Origin: Octopus vulgaris
Taxonomy: Eukaryota
Reading direction: 5' to 3'
DNA: 64,000 nt
Assembly (NCBI GenBank): GCA_951406725.2
Contig: OX597818.1
Span: 78,616,001 to 78,680,000 of the forward strand
In this document: positions 37,158-49,821 of the stretch, in pieces
How positions within the stretch are numbered: position 1 is the first letter of the stretch
Layout: each line of letters starts with the position of its first letter
Position numbers and translations under genes: made by a program
Notes under the pieces: generated by a model
What the model saw: the letters and a program-made list of their open reading frames with translations, nothing else
What the model was told of the DNA's origin: nothing
Database searches by the model: none

Positions 37158-39761
37158 GTGAGTGTGTTCATCTTTCCTTGTTTCAGTCATTGGGTACCAC
37201 CTTGAAGGGTTTAGCTGAACGAATAGACCTCAGTACTTATTTTTAAGTCTGGTATTTATTCTGTTGATCTCTTTTGCTGAACTGCTAAGTTATAGATATG
37301 CATGGCTTAGTGGTTAGGCCGTTGGACTCACAATCATATGATTGTGGCTTTGATTCCTGAACTAGGCAATGAGTTGTGTTCTTGAGTAAAAACACTTCAT
37401 TTCACGTTGCTATAGTTCACTCAGCTGTAGAAATGAGTTTAGCCTGGAGAGGGATGGACTCTGCCAAGCGTTCTTACCCTAGATACGCTGCATGGCTGCA
37501 GCGCTCCAGTGAACTCCGAGGGGTTAAGGGACTTGTCAATTGTAATTTATGAGGGTGGGGGCATAAATCAACACCAGTCATCAAGTTGTATTGGGGAACA
37601 AACACAAGGACACACACATTCGTACATTGTGTGTGCACGCGATGGGCCTCTACAGAATTTCTGTCGTCTCCCTAATTCACTTACAAGGCATTGATCAACC
37701 TGGGGCTATTGCACAGCAGGATTGAACTCAGAACCACGTGGTTGCAAAGTGAGCTTCTTAACCACATCTGCACCTGTGTTTGTTTAATTTTTATTTTATC
37801 TTTTTTCATTTATTCCTTCTGTTTTTAATATTTTTATTTACTTACTTAGCTCAAAGTGAACAGGTGCTTGTTGTTAGAGATTAGCTCTAGGTCAACTTTT
37901 GATTGTATCTGTGAGAATCTTTCACTGTTTTTTATCCAATGTTTTTTTTAACCTACATACAGTTGCTACAATTTGTCGCCCATGAGTTTCCTACACCTTG
38001 AGAAGGGTGCTTGAAATAAAATATATTGCTACTTTATTTCCGGTACTTAAAGGTGTGAACAGGCTACTTTTAATTCAGAATGAGGCTAAACTTCCATTTT
38101 CTGACACCTCCCTTGTTTATATATTTGTCCATGAGGTAAACAAGCTTTGAAATCAAAGTGAGTTTTTTGGATTGTTTACCAAATGAAAATGGTCACCCCT
38201 GCATTTGAAGCTTTTCTGGAAGAAATTTTGTTAGATTCCAACTCAGATGATGATTTTGAAGAACTAACTCAGGCAGATATTGCCATAATCATCACCATTT
38301 AATGTCTGTTGTTCATGTTGGCATGGGTTGTACAGTTTGATCGGAGCTGGCAAACTGGGGAGCTGCACCAGACTCCAGTCTGATTTGGCATGGTTTCTGC
38401 AGCTGGATGCCCTTCCTAATGTCAACCACTTTACAGAGTGTGTTGGGTGATTTTATGTAGCACCACACAGGGACTTTTATGTGGCACTGCACAAGTGCTT
38501 TTATGTGGTGTTGCATGGGCGCTTTTACATGGTGCTGCATGGGCACTTTTATGTGACACCACAAGTGCTTTTCACCACCAGAGGGACTGGTCTTAACTCT
38601 TCTGCTGATGATAAGGATGTAGATTGTGCTTACAGTTATATTGAGAACAATGTGCTGCGTGGATACTATCATCCATGGCTGGCTGATGTAAGGAAAGTAC
38701 TGGCCCTAAGGAGCTATATTTCTTAGGGGCAACTCTTTTATCTATTCCTCAGTACATTACATAAAATATTATTTATCCAATCCTTATTAGTACACAAAAA
38801 AATCACGTCTATAGATAATACATCAAAAGTTATAGCAGTTTTAAAATAGTTAAAATAGGTGCTCATGTCTTTTGTTCTCTCAAAAATAATTATATTAATT
38901 TTGAAGATGTAAAAGTAGAAATGGTTGTAAGAATCAAATCTCAGGTTACAAGCCATACTGTATTTTCTGGCATACAAGTTGAATTTTTCAGGTCAAGATT
39001 TAGAACCAACAAAGGCAGGTTGATTTATACACCAGAATGACTTTGGAAGACCAAAAATTCCATGATTTGGAAGGATAACAATGCTGTTTGAATGTTTATA
39101 CAACATTCTACTTATATACTGGAAAATACAGTATATAATCACATTCTTCTCTGTACTGAGTTCAAATTCTCTCTGAGTTGAGCTGTACTTTTCATCTCTG
39201 TGGGGCTGATAACAGGGAGAAATGGGAGAGACTGTTAGGAGTAGTAGAAGAGAGACAATGATGGGAACTATAAGTTTACAAGTAAAAGAGAGAGAAAGAG
39301 AAGTGGATACTGATATGACTAGAGGATGATAAGTGATTTGAGAGAGAGGGAGCGGCAGCTAGTTTTACAGGAGGGTAATGGTAGTTGGTAAGAGAGAAAT
39401 AGAAGTGATGAATAGTCATAAGGCAAAATTTTGATTAATTAGTTCGTTAACTTAGATTCAAGGATACTATTCCATAAAAACATAAATTTGTTGTAGATAC
39501 TCTTGTGTTTTCTAGACAGCTAAATTTAAGTCTTGATTTAATTTTGACCATAATGTATTGTGTTGTTGGTGAACAACTAACAAAAAGGAAAGATAAATTG
39601 GAAGTGGCTGTTTCATGTTGGCTTCTCCAACCCAAGCACTGATCTGACCAAACTCATTTTCAGAATTGCTGAACAATCCAAATTAAAACCAGCTCATCTA
39701 TTGCTTCTTTCTTATGTAAATATTATTAACTTTTTCTTTATTTTATTTTTTTGAATTTTAG

Positions 39762-39867
39762 GCTGAAAGTCCTCTAAGCATTGTTACTCTTGGTTCTTCA
39801 AAAGACATTTTGTTTTCTGGTGGTCCCCAACCATGGCAGCTGGATCCAACGGAATATTTTGAAGATT
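39762..39867 (+). CDS. NUP210: NUP210 exon: AESPLSIVTLGSSKDILFSGGPQPWQLDPTEYFED
   Basis: ttttag|GCT...T|gtaagt; 106 nt. Confidence 0.95.
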
Positions 39868-40395
39868 GTAAGTTTTAATTTTCACCTGCTCATGACCAGA
39901 ATATATATCTTAGTCTTGAAAGATTTTGTTACACCAAAACTTAGATGAAATGAAATTTGAGATGCAGTACTTACTTCATTTCAAACTCAGAGTTATCTTA
40001 GTCTTTACAGCATTTTTAATATTTTTTTTTTATCTTTTAGTCTAGAGGAAGACAATATCCATGACTTCTTGTAGGGTTTTAGGGACTGGTGAGAGGGAAG
40101 GAGGGAGAGGAGTGTCCTCAAACTGGAAACCTGGCTTGAGTGCTTGCAGCAGAGTGGATTCTGATAAAGGTACCCAAGGTGTTGGGTGGTGGTGTTTAAC
40201 TAGGCAGTGGATTGAATGTACCATCCTTGTAGGCCATGGTGGAATTTGAACTCAGAACTTAAAGCACTGGTGGGGTTTGAACTCTGAATTGATATTCAAA
40301 AGGATATTATTATTTTGATAGTGATTTGGTTGTTTACTCACGTTTTCTTTTTCAGATATTTAACAAATAATGTTTTTTTCCTTTTTGTTTTCCAG

Positions 40396-40458
40396 TGATA
40401 CCAAGTGCTAACTTTGTTAGTTTTTCACACTTGTCTGGAATTGAGTTTAGTCTTCACC
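40396..40458 (+). CDS. NUP210: NUP210 small exon: IPSANFVSFSHLSGIEFSLH
   Basis: ttccag|TG...C|gtaagt; 63 nt; symmetric phase 1/1; fills the gap between the GGPQPW and LGEQ blocks but sequence similarity is weak. Confidence 0.78.
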
Positions 40459-42583
40459 GTAAGTATTAGAACTGTTTGATTTATTAACAGAAATTAAAGT
40501 GTTGTCACAAGATTGATTTATAGCATTTGTTTTTGATTTTGTGAGTGTTATGTTTTCTATACTTTCTGTGTTTGTGGATTGTGATTTGGTATTTTATGCA
40601 AGTGAGCCAATGAAGGCATCAAAGGCTATTGTAAGGAAATATCTGGGATTTAAAGTGGTATATTTAATGCTAAAGTATTTGAAAAGTCAGCTCAGCCAGG
40701 GCAAGAGAGAGAGGCAAAGGAGTTCAACAGGAAGTGTTTGAAAGATTAACTTAAGTGTCAGGTCACCTAGGTAGGGTGAGAGTTGCAGTGCAGAGTGGGG
40801 CATAGTAAGAGTGCATCCAGACTTTTGCCAGCAAATTTGAAAAGACCTGAGCGACTGTGGTTGATGAAAAACACTGAAGAAGGGAAGAGTCATTGTTACA
40901 ACCCCCATCTGACCAAAGCCTACATATTTGTCCTTAGTGTGCCAGTGCCTGTCATTCAAGGATCAGTTCACATAACCACTTAAGGGCTTGCATCCCTTCC
41001 TCTTGATTACTGGATCTGAAAAACTACCTTGTCATCATTTGTAGGCAGTGAAGATCCAGAATAAATGATTTAGTGAATGGGTGGCTTAAGTTTCTGAGTG
41101 TGTGAAAAGAAAGTATAATTGATATAACTATGCATGATATTATATTACTTACTATTGCTCCAGACTGAATATTGTTTCAAATATTTAGAGATAGTAGAAT
41201 ACCAGACTAAATACCTTGATGTATTTATTTGTCTTTTTTTACTTAATCATTTCATTTTCTGTCAAGTTTGAGAGCCTTCTGAGATAGACTCTCAAAATTT
41301 GTGGCCGTGTGTCTTTGTTAGAAATCATTAGTTAAAAGCAGTGATTGGCAGAATTGGTAGAGTTCTGGACAAAGTACTTTGTGGTATTTAGTTACATTCT
41401 GAGTAAATTGTAACTGTTGATTTTTACCTTTTATCCTTCCATGAGTTAATAAAATATATACCAGTCACTTACTGGGATCCATTTAATCAACTGTTCCCTG
41501 TATGACATTTTAGTTACTAGTAGCAGTATTATTACATTCATCCATATTTTTGTTTCATTGTTGGGTAAAGTCACACCATATATCATTGCTGCCTTATCTT
41601 TGTTGGTTGTTGGTCTAATTGTGTATGCTGGCTAATTGCTAGTTTAACCAGAGTGTTGTCATGGTCAGGTGATTGCCTTTGGCCATTGGGACTAAAGCAA
41701 AATTTGAACTCAGAACACAAAGAGTTGGCACTGACACTGCAAGGCATCTTGTCCAATGCTCTAACAGTTCCACCAATATTTATCACTATGGACTGGTGCT
41801 TATCTATCAACCCCAGCTTGGCATAACCCTCCAGCTTGTTAGCTCTTGTCAAACTGTGCAGCCTATGGAAAGCAGATTATAAATGATAACAAAAGACAAT
41901 GTTGGCCTTGGAAGGATTTGAACCTGGAGAACAAAGAACTGGAATGATGACTGCAAAGCTTTTTCTAATGTTATTTATTATCTATAAGTTGTAGTTATTT
42001 AATGTTTCTACTTACTTTCTGGACAATGAAACTCATTGCTATATTTTTATGCATGAATATATTGCCTGTATCCTATGGTAAGACACTTGTTCCTACCCCT
42101 CTATCATATTTTAACCTCTTATCACCTTGCTCATTACTACTCCCTGCTTAATTGAGGAGGTTTTGTCTTTCAAGTCACATAAAATGCACCTTGTACATTC
42201 ACTAAAGTGGAAGGCATTAAGAAGGGCATCCAACTGTTGAAAGCAGCTAAAATGGACATTGGAGTTTGGTGCAGTCCTCTGCCTCAGTTGAACTGTCCAA
42301 CCCATGCCAGCATGGACAGCACAGTAAATGATGATGATGAATATAGTGATTGTGGTTGAAGTATTCTGGCAGAATTGTTAGCATGCTGGGCAAAATGCTA
42401 AGCATTTCGTCTGTCTTTACATTCCGAGTTGAAATGCTGCTGAGTTTGACTGCCTTTCATCCTTTCAGGGTTGATGAAACAAGTACCAGTTATGTTCAGG
42501 GGGCTATATTATTGACTAACCCCTAACCCCCAAATTTCAGGCCTTGTGCCTTTAGTAGAAAGCATTATTACTTTAATTAATGT

Positions 42584-42970
42584 GGAGGCGCAATGGCCCA
42601 GTGGTTAGGGCAGCGGACTCGCGGTCATAGGATCGCGGTTTCGATTCCCAGACCGGGCGTTGTAAGTGTTTATTGAGCGAAAACACCTAAAGCTCCACGA
42701 GGCTCCAGCAGGGGATGGTGGTGATCCCTGCTGTACTCTTTCACCACAACTTTCTCTCACTCTTACTTCCCGTTTCTGTTGTACCTGTATTTCAAAGTGC
42801 CGGCCTTGTCACTCTCTGTGTCACGCTGAATATCCCCGAGAACTACGTTAAGGGTACACGTGTCTGTGGAGTGCTCAGCCACTTACACGTTAATTTCATG
42901 AGCAGGTTGTTCCGTTGATTCGGATCAACCGGAACCCTCGTTGTCGTAACCGACGGAGTGCTTCCATCCA
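42584..42970 (+). mobile_element. Young full-length tRNA-derived SINE (family D) with TSD
   Basis: Intact box A TGGCCCAGTGGTTAGG and box B GGTTTCGATTCCC; CpG-rich; flanks tattactttaa(ttaa)tgt/tattactttaatgt. Confidence 0.85.
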
Positions 42971-43081
42971 TATTACTTTAATGTATTGATTGTGGTGATA
43001 TCTATCAAAACACAAATGTATTGACATGCACATGATTAATGTGTGAAAATGTAACAATATATGGATGTATTGATATATACT

Positions 43082-43118
<37 letters not shown>

Positions 43119-43535
43119 ATGTCTCGATATGTGAATGTATTGATACATGAATATATTGATATACGATGGTTCAATACGGGTATATATTAAGGCACTGAGC
43201 TGCATTTCGTCTGCCTTTATGTTCTGAGATCAGATTCTGCTGAGATTGACTTTTTCTTATATCCTTTTGGGGCTTATTAAGTACCAGTTTAGCACTGGGG
43301 TTAATGTAACTGACTTAGCTCCCCCCACCACCGCCCCTGGACTTGTTTGTTTTGTGCCAAAATTTGATACCAGTATATTGAATGTATTGATACATGCTTA
43401 TGTGTTGATACATGAATTTATTACTGTACGATGATATTGATATACAAATGAATGATGTTTGATATGTAATTGTTGTATGATTATTTATTTCCACTGTTGA
43501 AATATTTCTTCCTATTTCCTGTATCTTCCTTAAAG

Positions 43536-43582
43536 GAGGTCTTCATGCTTTTCAAGTTGTGTGTACAGGACTCGGAGAGCAG
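43536..43582 (+). CDS. NUP210: NUP210 small exon: GLHAFQVVCTGLGEQ
   Basis: cttaaag|GA...CAG|gtaagt; 47 nt; matches gp210 HWILVTCQALGEQ. Confidence 0.88.
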
Positions 43583-44045
43583 GTAAGTTTCCACTTCTTG
43601 TCCTTTCTGCCGTTCTTTCTTTCCTCCAGTTAATCAGTGTCTCTTAATATGCTGGGTGTGTATGATATAAAAAAACAAAACATAAAGATGTTTTCTGCAT
43701 AACTTTCAAACAATATTTGAAAAATATATGGAACAGCAAATATTTCTAAGGAAAAGCATGCTCATATAATGTATGTATATATATATATATATATATATAC
43801 CAAGTGGGTACTGGAAAGTTCTTGGCTGTAAGGATATCAAGAGAGGTTTGGTTAAAGGCTCAACCTTCCAAGTTCTTTTGCAGAGCTTAGAAAACCTGAA
43901 AGACCACTGCAATAAGTGTGTGAATCTGAGAGGAAAATATGTTGAATAAAATCATAATTAACTGAACCACTTGTATTTTCTTTTATTCAAAGCCAGGAAC
44001 TTTTCAGCACCTCCTTGTGTATGTATACACATACGCACACATAGG

Positions 44046-44190
44046 CAAGGTGGGCCAAAAATCATGTACAAGTATGTGTGTATTCATCATGTCTTTATTT
44101 ATTTTATTCAGTTTTAGAAAAATTGAAGTTTGTCTGACAATTTCAGAGAGTATTTGAACTCATTTTGTGTGTAACTTTTGGCCCACCCCT
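44046..44190. mobile_element. Short Tc1/mariner-type MITE
   Basis: GGTGGGCCAAAA...TTTTGGCCCACC TIRs. Confidence 0.65.
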
Positions 44191-44350
44191 ATATATATAT
44201 ATATATACATATATATATAGATAAATAGATGGATATATATATATATAGATATGTCCCCAAAATATGAAGAACAAGCACTAAAAAAACAACAACGTGAGGA
44301 CGTTGTACATGTAAAATATTAGCAGATGCTCAGGAAAGGAAAGAAAGGTG

Positions 44351-44385
44351 GTTTTATGTTTTGAGCAAAGCTCTTCTTCAGAAAC
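44351..44385 (-). ncRNA. Decayed minimal type-I hammerhead ribozyme (Penelope-like element remnant, about 44255-44475)
   Basis: Minus strand GUUU-CUGAAGA-A-GAGC-UUU-GCUC-AAAAC-AUA-AAAC; differs from a GAAAC-GUA core at two CpG positions. Confidence 0.62.
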
Positions 44386-44495
44386 AGGAGACAGAAGAAA
44401 GTCCAATAGAAAAGGAAGATGGAAGGGAAAAAAATCACCAATGATTCACTTGTGGTTTACATTTTGAAATGACCAGAAGGGAATGGGTGTGTATG

Positions 44496-44535
<40 letters not shown>

Positions 44536-44603
44536 TACACTCGTACTCATTCGCTAACTCTTATCATGATTGATTAATAATTGTTTTACTTCTATCTATT
44601 CAG

Positions 44604-44677
44604 ACTTTAAAACTGAAAGTTGGCAACAAACCCACTCACACTAATCTCTTGCCTGTTGTTGTGGAAACCTTTGTCAA
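44604..44677 (+). CDS. NUP210: NUP210 exon: TLKLKVGNKPTHTNLLPVVVETFVK
   Basis: attcag|ACT...AA|gtaagt; 74 nt. Confidence 0.93.
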
Positions 44678-45976
44678 GTAAGTAACACCTTTTGCTTCTT
44701 ACATTTTTTTTTATATCTCTTTTTTACTTAACCCTTTTTAAGCAAAGGCATGTGTGGCCCATTGGCTAGAGTGTTTGGCCTTATGGATCATGTCGTGGTG
44801 GGTTCAGTTCTCATTGAGTGGCACATTGAGTCCTTGAATAAGGCACTTCATTTTACATTACTCAAGACTGTTCAACTGAAAATGAGTGCCAGTGACATTA
44901 TTGTCATTTAGCATGTTTTCCATGCTGGTATGGGTTGGGCAGTTTGACAGGAGCTGGTGAGCCAGAAGACTGCACCAAACTCCAGTGTCTTCTATGGCAT
45001 GATTTCTTTGGCTATACACCCTCCCTAATGTATACCCTCATAGGATATGTTGGTATTCTGAAAGTATCTCAGTGACAACCATGCCCTGTATAATTATGAG
45101 CTGTTCTGTGGCAAGGTATAAGATCTGTTCAGCCACTCTATTAAGGATGTGGGAAGTCATGGGACTGCAGCATGATGGATTGTGAAGAGGTAGGAGAAGA
45201 ACTCAACTGAGCCATCTGTTCTTCTTACACTGATGTTGAGCAGAGGAATCCTAGATCAACTGACAGAATCCCCAAGCTCTATCAAAGTGAGTAACTGCCA
45301 TGCATCCATAGGGGCAGCATCCATGGTTATGTAATCAGCTAAAGAAAGATGGTAACTCAAGCTCCTAATTGAAATTCATAAAAATGGAATCGGATGGTGA
45401 CAGAGTTATGGGAATCTGTGAAAGCAACAAAAAAGTCAACTACTTTACAAAGTGTACTGGATGCTTATGTGGCATCAATGCTAATGAGGTCTCAACTCCC
45501 AAAACAAGACTCTCAGCCAAAGGGTGGTGAATAGTATTGAGGGAGGTGTCTTAATGCTAGGTGATGAGGAAGTAAAAGTATGATAGAAGGGCAAGAACAC
45601 TTGTCTTACAGTAGATGAGATCCATGGTTACCCCAGTTGGAAAAGTGAGAAATTGTTGGTGAAGATGTGTCAGAGTGCATCTTTGAGTTACAGAAAGGTG
45701 AAAATAAGAGAATTGGTATGAGTTGGTATGTATGTAAGACCGCAAAAATACGAAAGGAGAATGACATATAAATGGAGCTAGAAAGAAATGCAGTTAGTGG
45801 TACAGGTGGAAGTCTGGTCAGTTGTGAATATCAGCTGGAGGAGAAGGTGCAGGGTGTGGGTCAGGGTCAGACATCTGGGGATTAATGAACTTTTCTATGT
45901 TTTTATGTTGAAACTTGTTTCAGTTGGATTTCTAGTTATTTCAGACATCACGACAAAAAAAATTTTTCAAATTTCT

Positions 45977-46489
45977 GTAAGCTACTGGGAAAGACTCAAG
46001 AGATTAAAACTATATTCCCTGGAGCGTAGGCGGGAAAGATATGCCATAATATACATCTGGAAGATCCTGGAGGGAAGTGTCCTGAACTTTGGCATCGAGA
46101 GTTACGCAAATGCCAGAACTGGGCGCCACTGCGTGGTGCCTAGGACTCCAAACTTGCCATCAAGATGTAGGACAAGATTCTGTGATAGCCTGGGCTTCCG
46201 AGGCCCACAGCTCTTCAATATCCTCCCGAAGAACCTGAGAGACCTGCATGGGGTGGATGCAGATGTCTTTAAAATGAAGCTGGATCTCTTCCTGTCAGGT
46301 GTCCCAGATGAACCAACTTCACGGCAGGAGGGGCAGATGAGGGCAGCTGCATCGAACTCTCTCATGCACCAAATGGCAGTTGCTAGAAAGCTTTCGTGAA
46401 GTGAAACCAAGTAGCAACACCAAATGGCGGTGCCCCAGCATGGCCACAGCTCATAAGCTGAAACTAGAATCAATCAATCAATCAATCAA
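45977..46489 (+). mobile_element. CR1-group LINE 3' end with an intact terminal ORF of about 140 codons and an (AATC)n tail
   Basis: SYWERLKRLKLYSLERRRERY.IIYIWKIL...GPQLFNILP...FKMKLDLFL..VPDEP; stop at 46397-46399. Confidence 0.88.
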
Positions 46490-46591
46490 GTGGAAGCTGT
46501 AATTACAGCTTCAATATGTTTCAGTAATTATCCTGTGTACATTTCAGTAAATATTAATAATGTTCAAAACCACTGTAATTCCATATTTCAG

Positions 46592-46700
46592 ATTTATCTG
46601 TGCTGAACCTGTTAGTCTTCATCTACAACCACAAGTCTTAACTGTTTCTAAACAGTCAGATCTGCCACCATGTCCTGTTTTCTTGGATTCTAATCAAGTT
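46592..46700 (+). CDS. NUP210: NUP210 exon: FICAEPVSLHLQP...CPVFLDSNQV
   Basis: tttcag|A...GTT|gtaagt; 109 nt. Confidence 0.93.
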
Positions 46701-46764
46701 GTAAGTTATTTCCTTTTACAATATTACATATTATCTGTAAAAAAAAGCGCTGATCTCTAACTTT

Positions 46765-47125
46765 AGAGGGAACTTGTGGAAGAGGTAGACCCTGGAAGAC
46801 ATGGGATGAGGTGGTGAAGCAAGATCTTTGAATGTTGGGCCTTATGGAGGTGATAAGTGACTGAGACCTTTGATGATATGCCGTGATTTAGAAGACTCGT
46901 CAAGCTAAGTGAAATTGTACTTGTGGCTGATGCCAGTGTCACATAACAGGCACCTGTGCCAGTGGCATGTAAAAAGCACTATGAGTGGTTGGCATTAGGA
47001 AGGGCATCCAGCCATAGAAATCAAGCAAATCAGAGTGGAACCTGGAGCAGCTTTCCAGTTTACCAATTTCAGTCAAACCATCTAACCCATGCCAGCATGG
47101 AAAGCAGATGCTAATTGATGATGAT
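46765..47125 (+). mobile_element. RTE LINE 3' fragment
   Basis: GTCGRGRPWKTWDEVVK followed by the RTE tail. Confidence 0.8.
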
Positions 47126-47384
47126 TATGGGCACAGGTTTACTTCCCAACCACATGGTTTCATGTTCAGTTTCACTGCCCAGCACCTTGTGCATGTGTCT
47201 TTTGCTATAGCCCTAGGCTGACCAAAGCCTTGTGAATGGATTTAGCAGATGGAAACTGAAAGACGCCCATCATATGAAAGTGTGTGTATGTGTTGTTACT
47301 GTCTTCTTACCTTGGCATCATGTCATAGTTACAAACGTGTCTTACTGTCATGCGAAATTCTTAGCGGTATTTCATCTGTATGCG

Positions 47385-47608
47385 GGTTGAAGGCTGTTGT
47401 ATGTTTATGAGTTCTGCCAAATGCGAGCTTTCTTTTCAGAGACATGATACTGCTGTCCTCCATCCCAGGGTCTTGCGGGCCCACACTTTCCACACCTTCA
47501 GAGTTGGCACAATTAATGTTTGCACACTGAAAGGTAGGTCTGGTGAGATTGTTGAGATGCTTGAGCTGCATCCAAGAAGTAAGATGGAGAGGAAGTTCTG
47601 CTAGATTT
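47385..47608 (+). mobile_element. RTE LINE 5' fragment (AP-endonuclease N-terminus)
   Basis: FRVGTINVCTLKGRSGEIVEMLE...CIQEVRWRG. Confidence 0.75.
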
Positions 47609-47680
47609 TATATATATATAATCAAGTAGCCAGCATGTAATAAAACCATACAGGTAACAATTAATACAAGATATATAATT

Positions 47681-47862
47681 ATATAAATATAATTATAATA
47701 AGGGCACTAATGAGTAGCACCACATGCTAGAAATAAATGCCAAATGGCTCTAAGAACTACATTATTTACCCCATTAGCATGGGTTGTAAGCGAGGGAAGT
47801 GAACAAAGATTTCTAGCATGTGGCACTTTTCATTAGTGCTCTTATTGTTATATATTTATATA
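47681..47862. mobile_element. Small fold-back MITE
   Basis: AATAAGGGCACTAATGA..CCACATGCTAGAAAT is inverted at 47809-47862. Confidence 0.7.
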
Positions 47863-48817
47863 TTTAGCATATATAAGAACAGTTTAATGTGTATATTCCT
47901 CACTGGGCAGATTAAGTTAAATTTAAGCAACAGTAGAAAACTAAGTTGATGTGAAAACATTGTGTGTGTATATATATATATATATATATAATCATCCTCA
48001 TTCATTTTCCATGCAGCTTTTGATAAAGAAATCTGCTGTGAAATATATCAGCAATCATCTTAATTTTCTTATTTTGACATTTAATCTCATTACTTATTTT
48101 TACATTGTCCTTGACCTTTCCCTTTCATGGATTGACTCCAGTAATAGCAGCTGACACTTAAGCAATTATAAATATTTCAGTTTCCATAATATCAAGTGTG
48201 TAGGAAATACCTCATTGTAAGATGCTATGTCAAAGGAATTTCCGCCTATGGCAGTGGGTTTGAGTTCAATTTAACCTAATGAAATACCTCCACCCACAAC
48301 TCTCTTATTGTCTCTGTTTACAAGTTGGTTGAAATAGGCTTTAGTCAGTTTGGCCAGCTATGAATATATGAGACCATAGTTACAATTACCAAAATGTAAT
48401 GCTGTGTTTCAATGAGTTTAGAAATGATATAGGGTGTCTTATAGAAAAGAAATTTGTAAGTTCAAAATTGCTTTTGGGAGGTGATGTGTATATGAATCAT
48501 TTAACTGTTGTGACTACAGATACTGATAGTTACTAATGCTACTAATGTTAGTAGCATTATTAAACTTTTAATAAATTTAAATTTGAAATCATCATTATCA
48601 TCATGTACTTAATTTACAAAATGTTCCGTTTTACTGTCCATCATAGTATCATTCATCATCATCATCATTTAACGTCCGCTTTCCATGCTAGCATGGGTTG
48701 GACAGTTCAACTGGGGTCTGGGGAGCCCGAAGGCTGCACCAGGCCAGTCAGATCTGGCAGTGTTTCCACAGCTGGATGCCCTTCCTAACGCCAACCACTC
48801 CGTTCTTTTATCTATAA

Positions 48818-49200
48818 CTAGCAGTATCACCCGGCGTTGCTCGGGTTTGTAAGGGAAATAACTATAAAGCATTTTTAGAGAGTTATAGCCAAAAAATAGC
48901 AAAAAAATGGGAAAAAAATGATGGTAAATTTTTTTTGAGAGTTAAAAGGTCGAGTTGCGTCCCCTAGACAGTCTGTGGTTTGTGTTTCTGATTCTCGACC
49001 CCATGTTGAATTTATCGATTTTTTTCAGAACTGGGGGAACTTTTCAAAATTTTCGCTGCGTTAGTTTTGAATTATGACATTGGGCTATGTGTATATCAAG
49101 TTTCATCAGAATCGGTTGAAAGCCGTGGTCAGGGTGAGGGTACAACCTAACAGACACACAGACACACACACAGACAGACTGCCGTTTATATATAGAGAGA
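48818..49200 (-). mobile_element. Non-autonomous Helitron sharing its 5' 250 bp or so with the Helitron at 16897
   Basis: Minus strand A|TC...CCCGAGCAACGCCGGG...CTAG|T. Confidence 0.9.
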
Positions 49201-49395
49201 TTTTTTGGTTCAGTTTTATGTATTTGAGAGTGTGCATATATGTGTGAGCTGTGTATTGGTGCATGCATATGCACATGTATGCCACTCATGTATTTGTACT
49301 TGTGTGCACTCGCATTTGTATGCTTATCTGTGTAGGTATGCTTGTACTTGTGAGATTATGTGTTTATGTATATATGTATGTTTGTTTCACTACAG

Positions 49396-49591
49396 ATTCC
49401 AGTTCACTGCAAGCAAGACTTGACAGTCCTGTTGACTGTCACTGATAATCAAGGACATAAATTTGACAACTTTTCATCCCTCAAGTTTGACTGGAAGTTG
49501 TCCGACACATCATTGGCCTCCCTCAACTTAGCTGAACCAATGAGAATAGAGACAGACATTTCTGATAGAACTTCTAAGGTTTCAGCTGTTG
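49396..49591 (+). CDS. NUP210: NUP210 exon: IPVHCKQ...GHKFDNFSSLKFDW...KVSAV
   Basis: ctacag|ATT...G|gtaagt; 196 nt. Confidence 0.95.
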
Positions 49592-49821
49592 GTAAGTTCA
49601 CATCTCTTTCACCTCTTTCTGCTTCCTCTTAAATGGGGTGGGTGTTCTCTTCTAGTCTTAGCTAATTGTTGTTTAATCCCTTGGTCTCTTGATTAACCCT
49701 TTTGTTACAATATTTCTGTTGAACTCCATGGTTTTAGTTTCAATTTATTGTTGAATATGATGAAAAGTTTAGTAAAAAAAACTGTGATTGGAAATGTTAT
49801 TTTTATTTTCTTATTCTTCAG

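Noticed and set aside
42584-42660. tRNA gene (also 16785-16856 minus)
   Set aside because: Box A and B are present but the sequence continues into a SINE body; no convincing cloverleaf.
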